In this document: positions 47,643-59,761 of the stretch, one piece after another
How the letters are laid out: each line of letters opens with the position of its first letter
How positions within the stretch are numbered: position 1 is the stretch's first letter
Origin: Takakia lepidozioides
Taxonomy: Eukaryota > Plantae > Bryophyta
DNA length: 64,000 bases
NCBI GenBank assembly: GCA_030704615.1
Contig: CM060734.1
Span: 48,422,001 to 48,486,000, forward strand
Direction of reading: 5' to 3'
Program-made: the position numbers and the translations under genes
The notes under the pieces: model-generated
The model's input: only the letters and a program-made list of their open reading frames with translations
Databases searched by the model: none
What the model was told of the DNA's origin: nothing

Positions 47643-50093
47643 TTGAACCTCGCGTGTGCAGTGGAGGTTCTGGTGATCATGAGCTTAGAGACAGGTCAAA
47701 GAGTGTTTCTTACTCTTCCCGGGTCTTCATCTCCAGTAGCCACTGGGGACTGCCTTAATGTCTCCGGTGTTGGGACCTATCATGGACACCAATTATCTTC
47801 CTCAACCATTTCAGTGGTTCTCATCTCCTATGATGAAGCACACTCATTATGTCCTCTTCCTTATGGACATATGGATGCTGACACCTTGAAGAAGGCAATT
47901 GGGACCCCGGTGGTGTGGAATGTTGGCGAAGTTCATGCGGAGAATAACGAGTATCAAGGAGGGCCTGACATGAATCCTGATTTTATGCCGGAGACAAGGG
48001 ATATTGCCGAGAATTCTGACGTCGACGAGGATGAATCAAACCACAGACCATCGAAGAGTTCCGGGAATCCGAGCGGAGGACTCAAAAGAAACAATTGGAG
48101 AAACTTGCAGTGCGTACTGTTGGGTGATGATGGGGGTGCACTGTTCGAGGGGAGGATTCAAGCCTGCATTCCGGATGAGGTGATCCTCAATGACAAATTG
48201 GGAGAGGACGATGTTGGAGTTCTTGTCACCAGAATACTTTCTGGAGGTTCTGGATCTTTGATGTCTCTTGTAAAATGGCCTTTAACAAAAACACGACTTT
48301 TGGAAAGTGGGAGACTACTCTCAAATGATATGGAGAATTTTATTAGATCCTCCGACAGCATCTTGTACGAGGATCACGAGGCAGGTGTGAAGAAAACGGC
48401 GTATCGGCATTTTACGAGGAAGAAGAGGGATCGAGATTTGGAACACTCCAAAAAAAAAATGAAGAATCTTACTCTGGAGGAAGTCCGGTCCGTGAGCAGC
48501 AAACCTTGCTGCAGACTTCACTGCTGTCAATATTTCGATTGGCGAAAAATCTTGGCTATCCGAACTTGGTTTTGGGGATCCACTTTCGATGAGAGGAGAG
48601 AACACGGATTAAATGTTTCAAAACGACTTCACATGCTGGAAGGGACCTCTCGCAGGGCATACGTTACGATTGAGGGTGTGGATGTTTGTGAGACTGCTTG
48701 GTGGAAAATTCATGGAATTGGTAGGTCCACATACATGGAGTACAAAAAGTTGAGTAAACAGGGTTGGTTGTCAAGTCTCCATGGGAACCGTGGAGTGAAG
48801 AGGCCACGCCCAAGGACGCTTCAGGCAGAGGGTAACATTATGTCCATTATCAACGGAAATACTGACCGATGTTTTTGAAGAAATCCAACTAGGTTTCTTA
48901 ATGGTCGGACACACCCATGAGGACATCGACGGGTTCTTCAGCTACCTTTCGAAGAAGCTGAAGGAACGAAGCACCTACATTCTTTCGAATTTGAGGAGGT
49001 CTTTTATGACCTCGCAAGATCTGCAGTTCATTCCACAGATTATTCAGGAGGTTCCCGACTTCAAGAATTTTGTCAAGGGCTGTATTCTGGATGGAAATGA
49101 GGCGTTGGTCGGGATTTCCGAGATGCACGTCTTCCGTTCTTTTAAGGATGCCGAGGGCTGGCCCGTCATGAAGTACAAGAAGTCCGCTACTAATTCGGAT
49201 TGGCTTCCAACAAACAATAGCGTGAAGATGTGGAAGTCCAATCCTGACGGGACTCCCAAGCTCCCTGAAGGAGACCCTGACGCCATTCCAAGGAGATCTA
49301 TCTGGGGAGTCGGGGACGACTCCTCCGAAAAACAGTCATTCATTAATAATGGAATAAAAAAATATAGGGATTTTTGGACGAAATGAATGATGCTTGACGA
49401 TCATTACAGATGTCGAATGGAACAATACGACCAGTACTGGGGAAACATTCTCGCCGAGCTGGATAAGCCAATTCCAGAAGCTCCCGAGCGTATTCAGCTT
49501 CTTGAGGGATTCTGGCCGAAAACAAATTGGTCCAAGAATCATCATAGAGATGGAATCCATCCACATATAGTGCCAGATGTGGAAGAAGAGGATGAAATCC
49601 TAGAACCTTACTGTGGCCCGAGGTGTGAGCGACCAAGAATATCCCTGAATCCGTTCAAGGATATTGAGAAACGGTTATTTGTGCTCGTTCGCCCTCATGA
49701 CCCAAGTACGTGCCCGGTTTGGATGGGGGTGACAATATCTGACGTGATCCGCGAAAGGGAGGATCCTAATTTTAAGAAGGTGAAGGTGGAGTGGTGGAGA
49801 CCGAGAAATGTGGTAACCCAACAGACTTGGAAAGGTACAGGGACTGTTGGGCAAAACTTTGGGAGTATAACTCGACAGATCCTCCTCAATGGATCCACGT
49901 GAACAATGTTGTGTGGACAATGCCTCCACAGAAAAATACGACAAGGAATAGCACTAAGAGAATTACTGCCGCCGAAGCAGTGAAGGTGCGTGCTAATTTG
50001 GAGGAGGCTAATCATCAGTCAGAAAGCGAGTCGTGCGAGCGAGTTCCAGACCAAGGACATATTGTTGAGGTCAATTCCAGTACTTCGATTTAA
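47643..50093 (+). pseudogene. Sola1/DUF7869-type transposase with internal deletion of most of the catalytic core; N-terminal TnpA(Transposase_23/DUF8039)-like repeats
   Basis: CCRLHCC..F..R..FW, YVTIEGVDVCETAWWKIHGI, HGNRG, then an abrupt jump near 48870 to FEEIQLGFLMVGHTHEDIDGFFS. Confidence 0.7.
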
Positions 50094-50849
50094 GAAATAA
50101 TTTTTTTCTTCTCCTTCTTGTTTGCGTTGGGGGATCCTTTTTGCAATCTTCTTATGTCACACTGAACCTCGAATGTCCAGTGGACGTTCTCGTCCTTTGT
50201 TTCTGGTTTGCTGGATTCTGGCCTGTTGTACATCATGGTCAACAAAGAATACCCTGTAGGGGAGTTTCGTCTACATAACATATAGATCACAAGAACAAAA
50301 TGGGCGGGCACGACCACTGGAGTCTTCAAATTCGGTCAAAGAGGTTTTTAACAATAAAAGAAAATAGCCTATTTCCAGTCATTCTCTGAAACATTGGACT
50401 TGCTTTTCGCATAACCAACTCTCCCACTGAAGTCTCCCACTAGGAGGAGCCTTACTCAATCGTTGTTGACATACTTTTCAATTTGGCAGTCCTAAAGTTT
50501 TTCCTCTGAGGTTTTCCTCCATTTTCCCTCTAAGCTCTACGACTTTTCTGCACCAAATTTTCATTTCATTTCATTTTCATACTTCTCATCTTTGGCCCTG
50601 GTTTAAGAGGGAATTTCACATGTCCTTTTCCGTTGTTAAAATTTTAAGCAATTTTTATTTCTCATAGTTTTTATTCGGTGGTCTGATTTTTTATCCTCTC
50701 TCATGTTTTCTTCAAATCCATTTTCTCCCATGAGATCCAGGCGCTTCCCAAAAGTCGTTATATAATGCCATTTTCTTTCCAAATCTCATAGTGTGCATTT
50801 TTTATTTTTTATTTTTTGGCAATTTAGGATTTTGGATTGACATTTTTTT

Positions 50850-52480
50850 TTTATAGTACCTTGCTTTTTTTGTTAGCATTACCCCTAACCCTTACCCTTT
50901 TCTGCAAATGGCCCATGAACTATTTATACCATAACCATAGCCATAACCATAACCATTATGGTTATTGAAATGTCTTCTCCCTTCACATTTGCGCTAGCTT
51001 TTTTCTTTGTTTTGGATTGACATGCATTTAGGCATGTTACAGTTTGCTTTCTATGTTACATCTTAATACTAGGTCCAGGTTCCAACGACGAGTCTTTCAT
51101 TTAAATACTTGTCCATAATATTAGGTTCTTCAATTTTTTTGCTTACTAGTACCCTACTAACAACACTAAGTTCTAGCAAAGTCTGGAGTTTTCCATAAGT
51201 GTTTGTCTATTTTGTAAATTAAACAAAAACCCTAAACCCTTACCCTAAACCCTTACTAGAAAACCCTAAACATTTACTCTTAACCCAATACCGCAGAACC
51301 CTTTCCCTTCCCTTTGCAAATGGGAATCAACTATCCATACCATAACCATAACCATTTTAGTTATCCAAATCTCTTCAATGTAACCAAATTTCCATTTTGT
51401 ACCATACTAACACACACTAAGTTGTAGTGAGTGCGAGTCTTCCAGCATTTCTGACTTCAACCTAAGCCCTAAACCCTCGTCGAAAACCCTAAGGAAAATC
51501 CTACGCCATTGTTACGTCTAAACCCTTACCCTTCCCCTGCAACTGGGAATGAAGTATCCATACCATAACCATAATTATTTATGGTTATTCAAATCTCTTC
51601 GCCCTTCACCTTGTGCAAGGTTTTGCCTTTGGTTTGGATTGACATGCACTTACCTTTTTTTTATCGAACTTTTCTTTCTATGTATCTTAATACCAGGTTC
51701 CAAGGACGAGTCTTTCATTTAAATACTTGTCCGATGCAATGACTTCACTTCCATAATATTAGGTTCTTCATTTTTATTTTGCTTAGTACTACCTTACTAA
51801 CAACACTAAGTTGTAGCAAGTGCGAGTCTTCCGGCATGTATGCTCACCATTTCTGCCTTCAACCCAAACCCTAAACCCTTGTCGGGAACCCTAAACAAAA
51901 CCCTACGCCATTGTTACATCTTAACCCTTACCCTTCCCCTGCAAATGGGAATGAAGTATCCATACCATAACCATATGTCTCTTAATACCAGGTTCCAAGG
52001 ACGAATCCTTAATCTAAATACTTCTCCGGCCCAATGACTCTTCCATAATATTTGTTTCTCCATTTTTTTTTTAAAATTTTTATCCTACTAACACACACCA
52101 AGTTCTAGCGAGTGTGAGTCTTCCATATTTGTTTGTCCAATAATGTTCTTAAGCCCAAACCGAAAACCCTACCTTTACCATCACCCCTAAACCATTAATC
52201 TTACCATAAACCAATAACTTTAGTGTACTACCCTAGTTATACTCCAAAGCTTATTGTACTACCATGTTACCGCTTCTCAATGTTTCACGCTCTTTTAATA
52301 TTTTCTTTTGTTGGATAAGGTATGATAGATGATTATAGGGATATCAAATTCCTCAACCATTTCTTAATTCTACCGAGTGTGAGTCCATCATATTTGTTTG
52401 TCTTTTTGTACCCTAAATCCAAACCCTAAACCTTTACCCTTATTGTAAACCCAAACCTTATTGTACTACCCTAGTACTTC
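50850..52480. repeat. AT-rich degenerate tandem repeats (several hundred bp) rich in AAACCCT and CCATAA motifs
   Basis: Recurring blocks acccttcccctgcaaatgggaat..tatccataccataaccata (~50890, 51300, 51530, 51930) and ctaacaacactaagtt.tagc. Confidence 0.65.
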
Positions 52481-54039
52481 TTCCGAATGTTTCATGTTAT
52501 TCTAATATTTTATTGCCTTGTCAGATCCAAAACATGATTCATTCCAATGGCGTGGTATGTGAACATTGTGCTTCATATGAAGATTCTTGAATCAATAAAA
52601 TTACTAGCAAGTTGTATCGAGTATGGTAGAATACGAGTTTGGCCCATGTTCGATGCGATTCATTTGTTTATCATGATCCTGCAATGGAATTTTATTTTAT
52701 TCGACTTCCAAGTGGACGTTCAATGAATTGTTCAATACTGCTACTTCACATTGAGCACTTCAATGTCAAATGGACCTCTTATATGACACATTTTGAAACA
52801 AGTATGACATCACCTGAAATTTCACAAAGTTCAATCACACATTACACCATGATATTATTAATATTTCAATTAATTTTAATACAAATATATATTAAGTTTA
52901 GTCCATATTCAAGCCAAAAGTCCAGAATTAATTAAAATAGTGTTAAGATCAGAAGAGCGAGAGAGGAAGAAGGCTTTCGACACCATCTGGAGCGCCAAGG
53001 CATGTGCGGGTGCAGGTGATCAATTGCACGAGAGAATCCGGGCTAATCCCGTAATTTCTCTTAATAGCTATCTGGCCCGTATTGCGGGAGTGCTCCTCCT
53101 GTGTGCAGGTATAACCAGCGTGTTGTGATGGAGAGACGTCGGGCAAAGGCTAGGGGCGCTCCCACCAGCCACCTTGTGACATATTATGTAGGACCAGCAG
53201 TGACAACAACCCCACAACAAGGACATCTGCCACCATTGAGACCTCTTGCATACTGAACTTATCCGAGCCCTGGGTGAAAGCTGAAGCTTATGGACGAAGA
53301 CGAAGGGCTTGACAGTTTGGTGGGAGACAATAAGCGTCTTATGGCCAATGGCGGGAGACAATAAGCTGTTGCGCGGGAAAGCTGTCAATTATAGCGTTGC
53401 CTTATGTGGACAGCTACTGCACGGAGGAAACAAATTTAGGATGACGAGGGGAGATGTGAAGGTTGACTGAAGACATGATTGGCATGGGATATGATTATTT
53501 TTGGGTACGTGCATGGATATTTTGGGTACATGCATGGATAAGCACTAGACTTAGGATTGTTTAGTTTTCATCTATTGGGGCGGTTTTCATACACCATGCA
53601 TGGGCCACTTGGTGCTCACTTTTAGGTGCATTAATGTCCTGATTTGGATGTACTTAGAGCACTCTTTTGTGAGCAAGCCAGCTCATAAACCAATGCACTC
53701 CTGCATTATTTGCTTTATAGAGGTGCCTTTTTGGATGCACAACTCGTGCACCTTAGGCAATTTCAGGCTTTACATTAGCCATTTATCGGGTGAGCATTAG
53801 GTGGGTCTACTGCTCACATAGAGGAAGTTGAGAAGTGCCACTTTGAAAATTAGTATCAATTCAGGGATGCGGTAGAAAAAATTGCAATTGATATGAGGAT
53901 CTCTCTATCCTGTTGCTAATCCAAGGATATAATTTTCTCATTGTTGCACCTTCTCTACGAGTAGAACTCCTTAAACGCACACATTTAGGTGTTACCACCT
54001 TACTGCAGCAGCATGCGATGCACCCTCAGCAAAAGTGTC

Positions 54040-54206
54040 ACTTGGCATCGTCACACCATACAAGCAACAGCCGACGTGCTTGGAGAAGGAGTTTGTAGCT
54101 GTTGTAGGGTCAAACTCGACCAACAAAGGAGTTCACATTAATACAGCTAATGCGTTCCAAGGCCAGGAGCGTGACGTGATAATGATGTCGTGTGTACGGG
54201 CATAAA
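54040..54206 (+). pseudogene. Fragment of a SEN1/MAA3-like (DNA2/NAM7) SF1 helicase
   Basis: GIVTPYKQQ...INTANAFQGQERDVIMMSCVRA. Confidence 0.75.
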
Positions 54207-56192
54207 GTGGAATACCGTAGGTTCATAGCAGATTAGGCACAAATTAAATTAAAAATAAAACCTACCTGTAATATAGCCTCTTTTCCAGCTTTGTCACCTC
54301 TGCTATTCTCGCCACATGGGCGTTGGGTAGAATCTACATGTCGCCCTGCCAGCGATTTTGGAAAAGTGAAAAAAAAAAACACTGCCCACGGCCATAAGTT
54401 TGGTGATAAGTTCTTGGCATAAAATCAAAATCCAAACAATTTGAAATCGAAAATAAAGATGAAAAAGATATCATATAAACAACTTTCATAAATCCAAATC
54501 TACTTGTTGCATCAAAACGAGAGACATTGCATCTGGTCAAATTAATATCAAATGACACAAGCCTCAAATTGCAGTGGCCTCTCTTGCTTTGGCAAAACAT
54601 AACTTAAGACGAAGGGAAACTAGGGAGCATGAAAGCAGTGCCTTTGGTGTAAGGTCATTTGACCACATTGTAAGGTCATTTGACACATAACCTCTTTCAT
54701 TTTGGATGCCATTTTGACTGCAATTCCCCTTGAAAGCGAGAGAAGTAAACTCTCCACCATTGTCGCTCCTGATCGCCTTCAACTTCAGACCGGTTTGCAT
54801 TTCTGCAATCTTATGAAAGGTCTTGAATGCATCAAGGACGCCTGATTTTTCTTTCAAGCAATAGACAGCCACCTTCCTAGAGAAATCATTAGTAAATGCC
54901 ACAAAATACTTGGCTCCTCCAAGTGAAGGAACTCTCATCGGTCCAACCACGTCAGTGTGGACCAACTCAAGCACATGGGCAGCCCTCGGGCAGCCCTGCT
55001 GCCTGTGGTCTTAGGAATGGGTGCCTTATGTTGCTTACCAAGCAAACACCCTTCGCAAAGTTTTAGGTGTGATCCATCTTCAATCTTAAACCCTGTGATA
55101 GCTTGAGCTTTTTCCATCAAGTGCATTCAAGTTTGAAAATTCAGATGCCCCAATCTCTTATGCCATATCTCTGCTGAATTTTCTTGTCCACTTAAGGATG
55201 CTTTTGCGCAATACTGTTGCACTGGTGTCAATGAGTAAAGATCCCCAACTCTATCTCATTTGGCCATCAAATTCAAGTCGTCATCATAGAGTTCACAACC
55301 TTTTTTCTTGAATAAAGTATTCATACCTTCATCTACCAATTTACTTACTGCCAGGAGGATGTTCTCTAGACTTGGAACACAAAGTACACCTTTTAGCTCC
55401 TTGGTCATGCCATTAGGAAGCTGTGTAAGTATGGTTCCCTGACCTGTAATTTCACTGTAAGTGGCATTGGCCACTTTCACTCTCCTTGAAACATGGGCTT
55501 CTTGGAATTCCACAAACCAATCTGATCTAGATGTCATATGATGTGTGGCTCCTGAGTCCAACAACCAAGAATCAAGAGCACGATGACATCTTTCAACTTG
55601 TTGATGTGATCAGAACGGTTTCCCCCTTCTTGCAATCTGGAAGTTAGCACATTCCTAGAAGCAATATCAATTGCTCAGGTACAGATTTTTTCTCGTACAA
55701 CTCCTCTAGCTTCTTCCAGGCCTCAGATGCCATCTTTGAAGTCTTGATGCGTCGAATGACAGAGTCTTGGAGATGCCAAACAAGGATGGAATGAGCCTTC
55801 CCATCCATCTCTGTCCATTTGCTCATCTCATCTGTCTTCGAACTTCCGTCAGTTATAGGTTGCTTTCCAGCTCCCTTCGAAGTTGTCTCCACAGGTTGCT
55901 TTTCTTCCCCTGTTACGATGCTCCATAAACCTTGATGCACCAACATGTGCTGCATCTTGTATTTCCAAAGAGGAAAGTCTTCACCGCCAAATCTATCCAT
56001 GAGCCGTGGGGCAGAGCTGACGGGTTCCATAGTCGTAGCTTGGAGAGAACCGTTGGTCTAACGCTAGAATGCAATGCTGATCTCACATTCTACGGTGCAC
56101 TAGGAGCAACGGCTTCTATCTAGTTCTACGCTACTTGTCGCCTGTTCACACTCGTTAACTTTAGTTGTTAATTCGAAGGAACTAACATACTA

Positions 56193-56204
56193 GCTCTGAT
56201 ACCA
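56193..56204 (-). promoter_or_regulatory. tRNA-Met primer-binding site TGGTATCAGAGC
   Basis: Plus strand gctctgatacca, directly adjacent to the LTR end. Confidence 0.92.
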
Positions 56205-56529
56205 TGTTGGAAAACATGAACATCTAAAGCTACTGTAGACACTCACAACAACAACAGATTCATACACTTGACCAGGCGGTGAGAAGAAACAACGTGCTAA
56301 AGAAGAGTATGCTCAAGAGTGAAAAGAATGAATATAACGGAAAGCATGAGAAGGTTATATGCAATGAGAGTCCTATGGAGAGGCTAGGCTTCTAGTCACT
56401 ATTCATAGTAAGAGAGAAGGATCACCGTCAATGTGCAATTAAGCACCGTCGTGGGTAGGTAACCAGACCTGATCTAATCCTACAAATATAGGAGAGTTGT
56501 CGAGGGTAGAATAAATGCACATTCTAACA
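56205..56529 (-). mobile_element. Copia 5' LTR (325 bp)
   Basis: TGTTGG...CTAACA termini, next to the PBS. Confidence 0.85.
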
Positions 56530-56909
56530 ATAGGTACCTACGAGTAACCCATGTTCCCTCTGGACTGTATTTTAATGATATATCACTTTCAGTGCAGGCT
56601 TGTGGATTTGAAAATGTGAGACAGGTTGAGTTCGTTTAGAGTGAGGGGAGTTTCGAAACAGAAAGCGTGGAGTAGTGAAGGATAAACTTGCTCAAGAAGG
56701 TTTGTACGTTATTTGGAAATTCCAGTGAAGGTCTGAGGCTGGGAGGTGGCAATTGGCGCGACTATAGCTTGGATTATAGCTCCCCAGATACCTGCAAAAA
56801 CGACATTTAGAGGGGAAACTCTACTTCACACAGCGCTAGAAAAAAACATCGTTGTCATCATTTCTTACACTCAGTTAACATCAAGTCGGAAGATGTATGA
56901 TCTCACCGC

Positions 56910-59376
56910 AATGGAATTTATCTGCGGAGTCGACGTGGTGCTTAAAAGTTTCTGGTTGTGTTCGGAGCCCCCATGCTCCCTCCAGCTCGTGTCCAAAGCG
57001 ACATATATGCTTTCGGGGTTTCGCTGACTGATGCAGGTTCAAACATGCAGGCCCGATTTCCTTCTCCCCTTCCAGAGCACGCTCTGCATGTGAATCCTGT
57101 ACTTTCTTTAATCAGCCCGGTCACAATCGTTACTTAGATGGGCGTCTTGTCATCGACTGGAGTCATACTTGTACACGGTCGACAAAGGAAGCTTTCTCCA
57201 CAATACTGTCATGAATTCCTAGGATCAGTATATAGTTACCAGCTGGCGGTATGTGGGATCGGACCAATTGAAGTCCTAGGTCCTGTAAGTACTCATAGCT
57301 TGGATCTCTCCGATATCGCTCACTGCTGAGGCCCGGAGCAGATGAAGACGGATAAGTATAACTGATGAAATGAATTCAAGCCCATGCCCGAGGATCTATA
57401 CTTCTGGAAGCGTGACGTGTACATATAACTACTACTGTGCTATTTGAGCTCAATTAGTGATACCTAGGAGAATTCTCACATGTACGTGATATTTTGTGCC
57501 TTGAGATCGAAGACGTGAAAGAAGACCACCATATACTGCACGATGGGACGTTCACAAATGTTGGATTAAGATTATACATACAGTTATGTAAAAGTGCTGG
57601 TTTCCATCGCAATGCACAAAACATACCTATATGCGTGTGTACGTGTCTAGTAGTGGACAGTAATTAGGTCATTATATTCACTTGGAAAGGTATGCGTATG
57701 TATGTATGGCGGACTTACCAGAACTGTGTTGTATCTACTAATCGTTGGGATGCTTGACATTGAAAGCAGCACAGGCTTTGTATTTTCCATTTCTCGCACC
57801 ATATGTGTTCGCTCTGAACAGAGCTGATTCTTGTTATGGTGCCAATTTTGCGTACGCTGGAGCCGCTGCGCGAGATGACACCTCGCTAGTCCCCTTTTAC
57901 CTGCAGCTTCAACTTAACCAATACTTCTTCTTCAAAAGTACAGCCCAGTCGAATGACTCTGAAAGTACGCTCTCGTCGGCCACTATTACTGAATTGCACT
58001 TTAATCCAAGGTCATTTTGTATGTTTTGTTTATTTGTTCTTGTTCAAAGCAGATTGGCGCGTTTTTCTTTTGAACAGCAGACCATATCTGGAGTAATCTC
58101 CGAGCAAAAAAGCTCCAGGCTATGGAACTCTCGGAGCTCGACCACCCCTTGTCATGACTTCTATGTAAGTACTTATTGAACAATTAGGTCGGCAGACACA
58201 AGTAATTAACTGCGAGTAAAGGACGCGTGTGGGGCTACCTATTTTTCAATGTGCGCTCCGTCGATTTGTGTTGTCGTCAGTCTGTCTTGTAGATTTCGGA
58301 TGACCCTTGCTGAACTCTTGTCCAGACCCTATGGCTGCTGACGATCATTGCGTCGTGCCCCCTCCTTCTTCGATACTAAGGCATACTACATCATACCCGA
58401 GATTGGGGTAAACGACGTCGTCTTATCGCTAGAGCGAGGTTTGAATACCTCGACGATAAATGAAACGATCTTGCCTCAGACACTCGCAGCTGTCGTATCT
58501 GCAGTGGAGGTGAGTTACAATCTTGCTGAGCAAGACTTTGTTGAGATAGGGTCGCATCTCCACTTGCAGTCCTGTACAAAGTTCCATGAACTCACATATG
58601 TGTTTTTCTTCACGTTCCGCGCGGTGCTCAACTTGCGGAATGTCACTTGCAGCAACTTTATGCCAGTGGAGCCAGAACTATTTTCTTGGGCACACTTCCA
58701 CCACAAGGGTGCGTTCCCCTTCTCCTCACCGATCTCGCGGGCATCAGCCCCTATGACAGTATGGGCTGTTTGGAAGGTATCAACGATGTTGACAAGGCCT
58801 ACAATACTGAGCTCAATGCTTCGCTTGCGACACTTCGACAAAATCTCACGGATATCAACCTCTATCTCTACGACTGGTACAGTGCCAATATGGAGATTCT
58901 GACAAATCCTACCAAATATGGTGAGCAGTATATAACCTTTCTTGCTAATTTCAGACCATCATGATCAGATCACCTATGCACTCAACTTGCAAATGGAAGT
59001 GTTGCAGTGGTGACCTGGCTGAACCTTTTCTGGAAACTGTCTAACTTGCATGTACATATATGCAGGATTTTTGGCGAATGCTACTTTGACTGCCTGCTGC
59101 GGGTTTGGTGGCAAGTACAACTATAACCCTTCTGTTACCTGTGGCACTACTGGAACCATACATGGTACCAACACCACTACCAACCCCACTATAACTGTCA
59201 CTGCATGTCCTGATCCATCAAACCATATCAATTGGGATGGTATCCACTATACTCAAGCTTTTTACAGGGTCATGGTTAATTTCTTCCTCACTGGAAAATA
59301 CATATATCCCCCAATAAATCTGAGCACACTGTGCCCTCTTAACTCAGGCCTGTTCTCGGGTATTCCAAATCCATGA
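56910..59376 (+). pseudogene. GDSL/SGNH esterase-lipase gene, multi-exon; first exon frameshifted (probable pseudogene)
   Basis: IYAFGVSLTDAG (57003-57038), NRYLDGRLVID (~57125-57160), GANFAYAGA, EIGVND, LY..GAR...LPPQGCVP, ACCGFGGKYNY, WDGIHYT. Confidence 0.85.
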
Positions 59377-59761
59377 GATTGTGGTCCAGGCTCGGTCCAG
59401 GGTTGCTGTCGGTTGCTAGGATTCTGGTGTTGGCTAGCGACTTGCCAAACGAAAGCCTCGATCTTCAGGAACCGCCACATCTGTGTGACCACATGTACAA
59501 ACTTGTCATAACTAGATTATGTATAGCAGGCCCTGGTTGAATGGTGGTATGTTGTCCAAACTTAATAGTCACTAGTATCTGGTCTGCTCGAGTTAATACC
59601 TCGTTAACACCAAGATTTTGGAAAATCCAAACTGGTACATTATTGTTATAGTACATAGTACTTCTAGCTCTAGCGGACACTTCTTTCTCAAGATGGAAGT
59701 ATGAAACATGACCTTCATCGGATATCATGTAGAGGATTTGCTGTGATACTCCTGACCAGTG

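Larger units (their letters stand above)
37594..50340. mobile_element. Large DNA transposon with Sola1/DUF7869-type transposase and divergent accessory gene(s); termini not identified
   Basis: Transposase at 47643-50093. A 24-bp palindrome is confined to 37793-50188. Boundaries are approximate. Confidence 0.65.
54690..56529 (-). mobile_element. Truncated Ty1/copia element: 5' LTR, PBS, gag, protease, partial integrase
   Basis: FGGEDFPLWKYKM (gag), WLLDSGATHHM (protease), CEGCLLGKQHK, LELVHTDVVGP..IRSDNGGEF (integrase). Confidence 0.93.

Noticed and set aside
54040-54206. Helitron helicase
   Set aside because: The motifs (TPYKQQ, FQGQERD) are SEN1/UPF1-like SF1 motifs, not PIF1-like.
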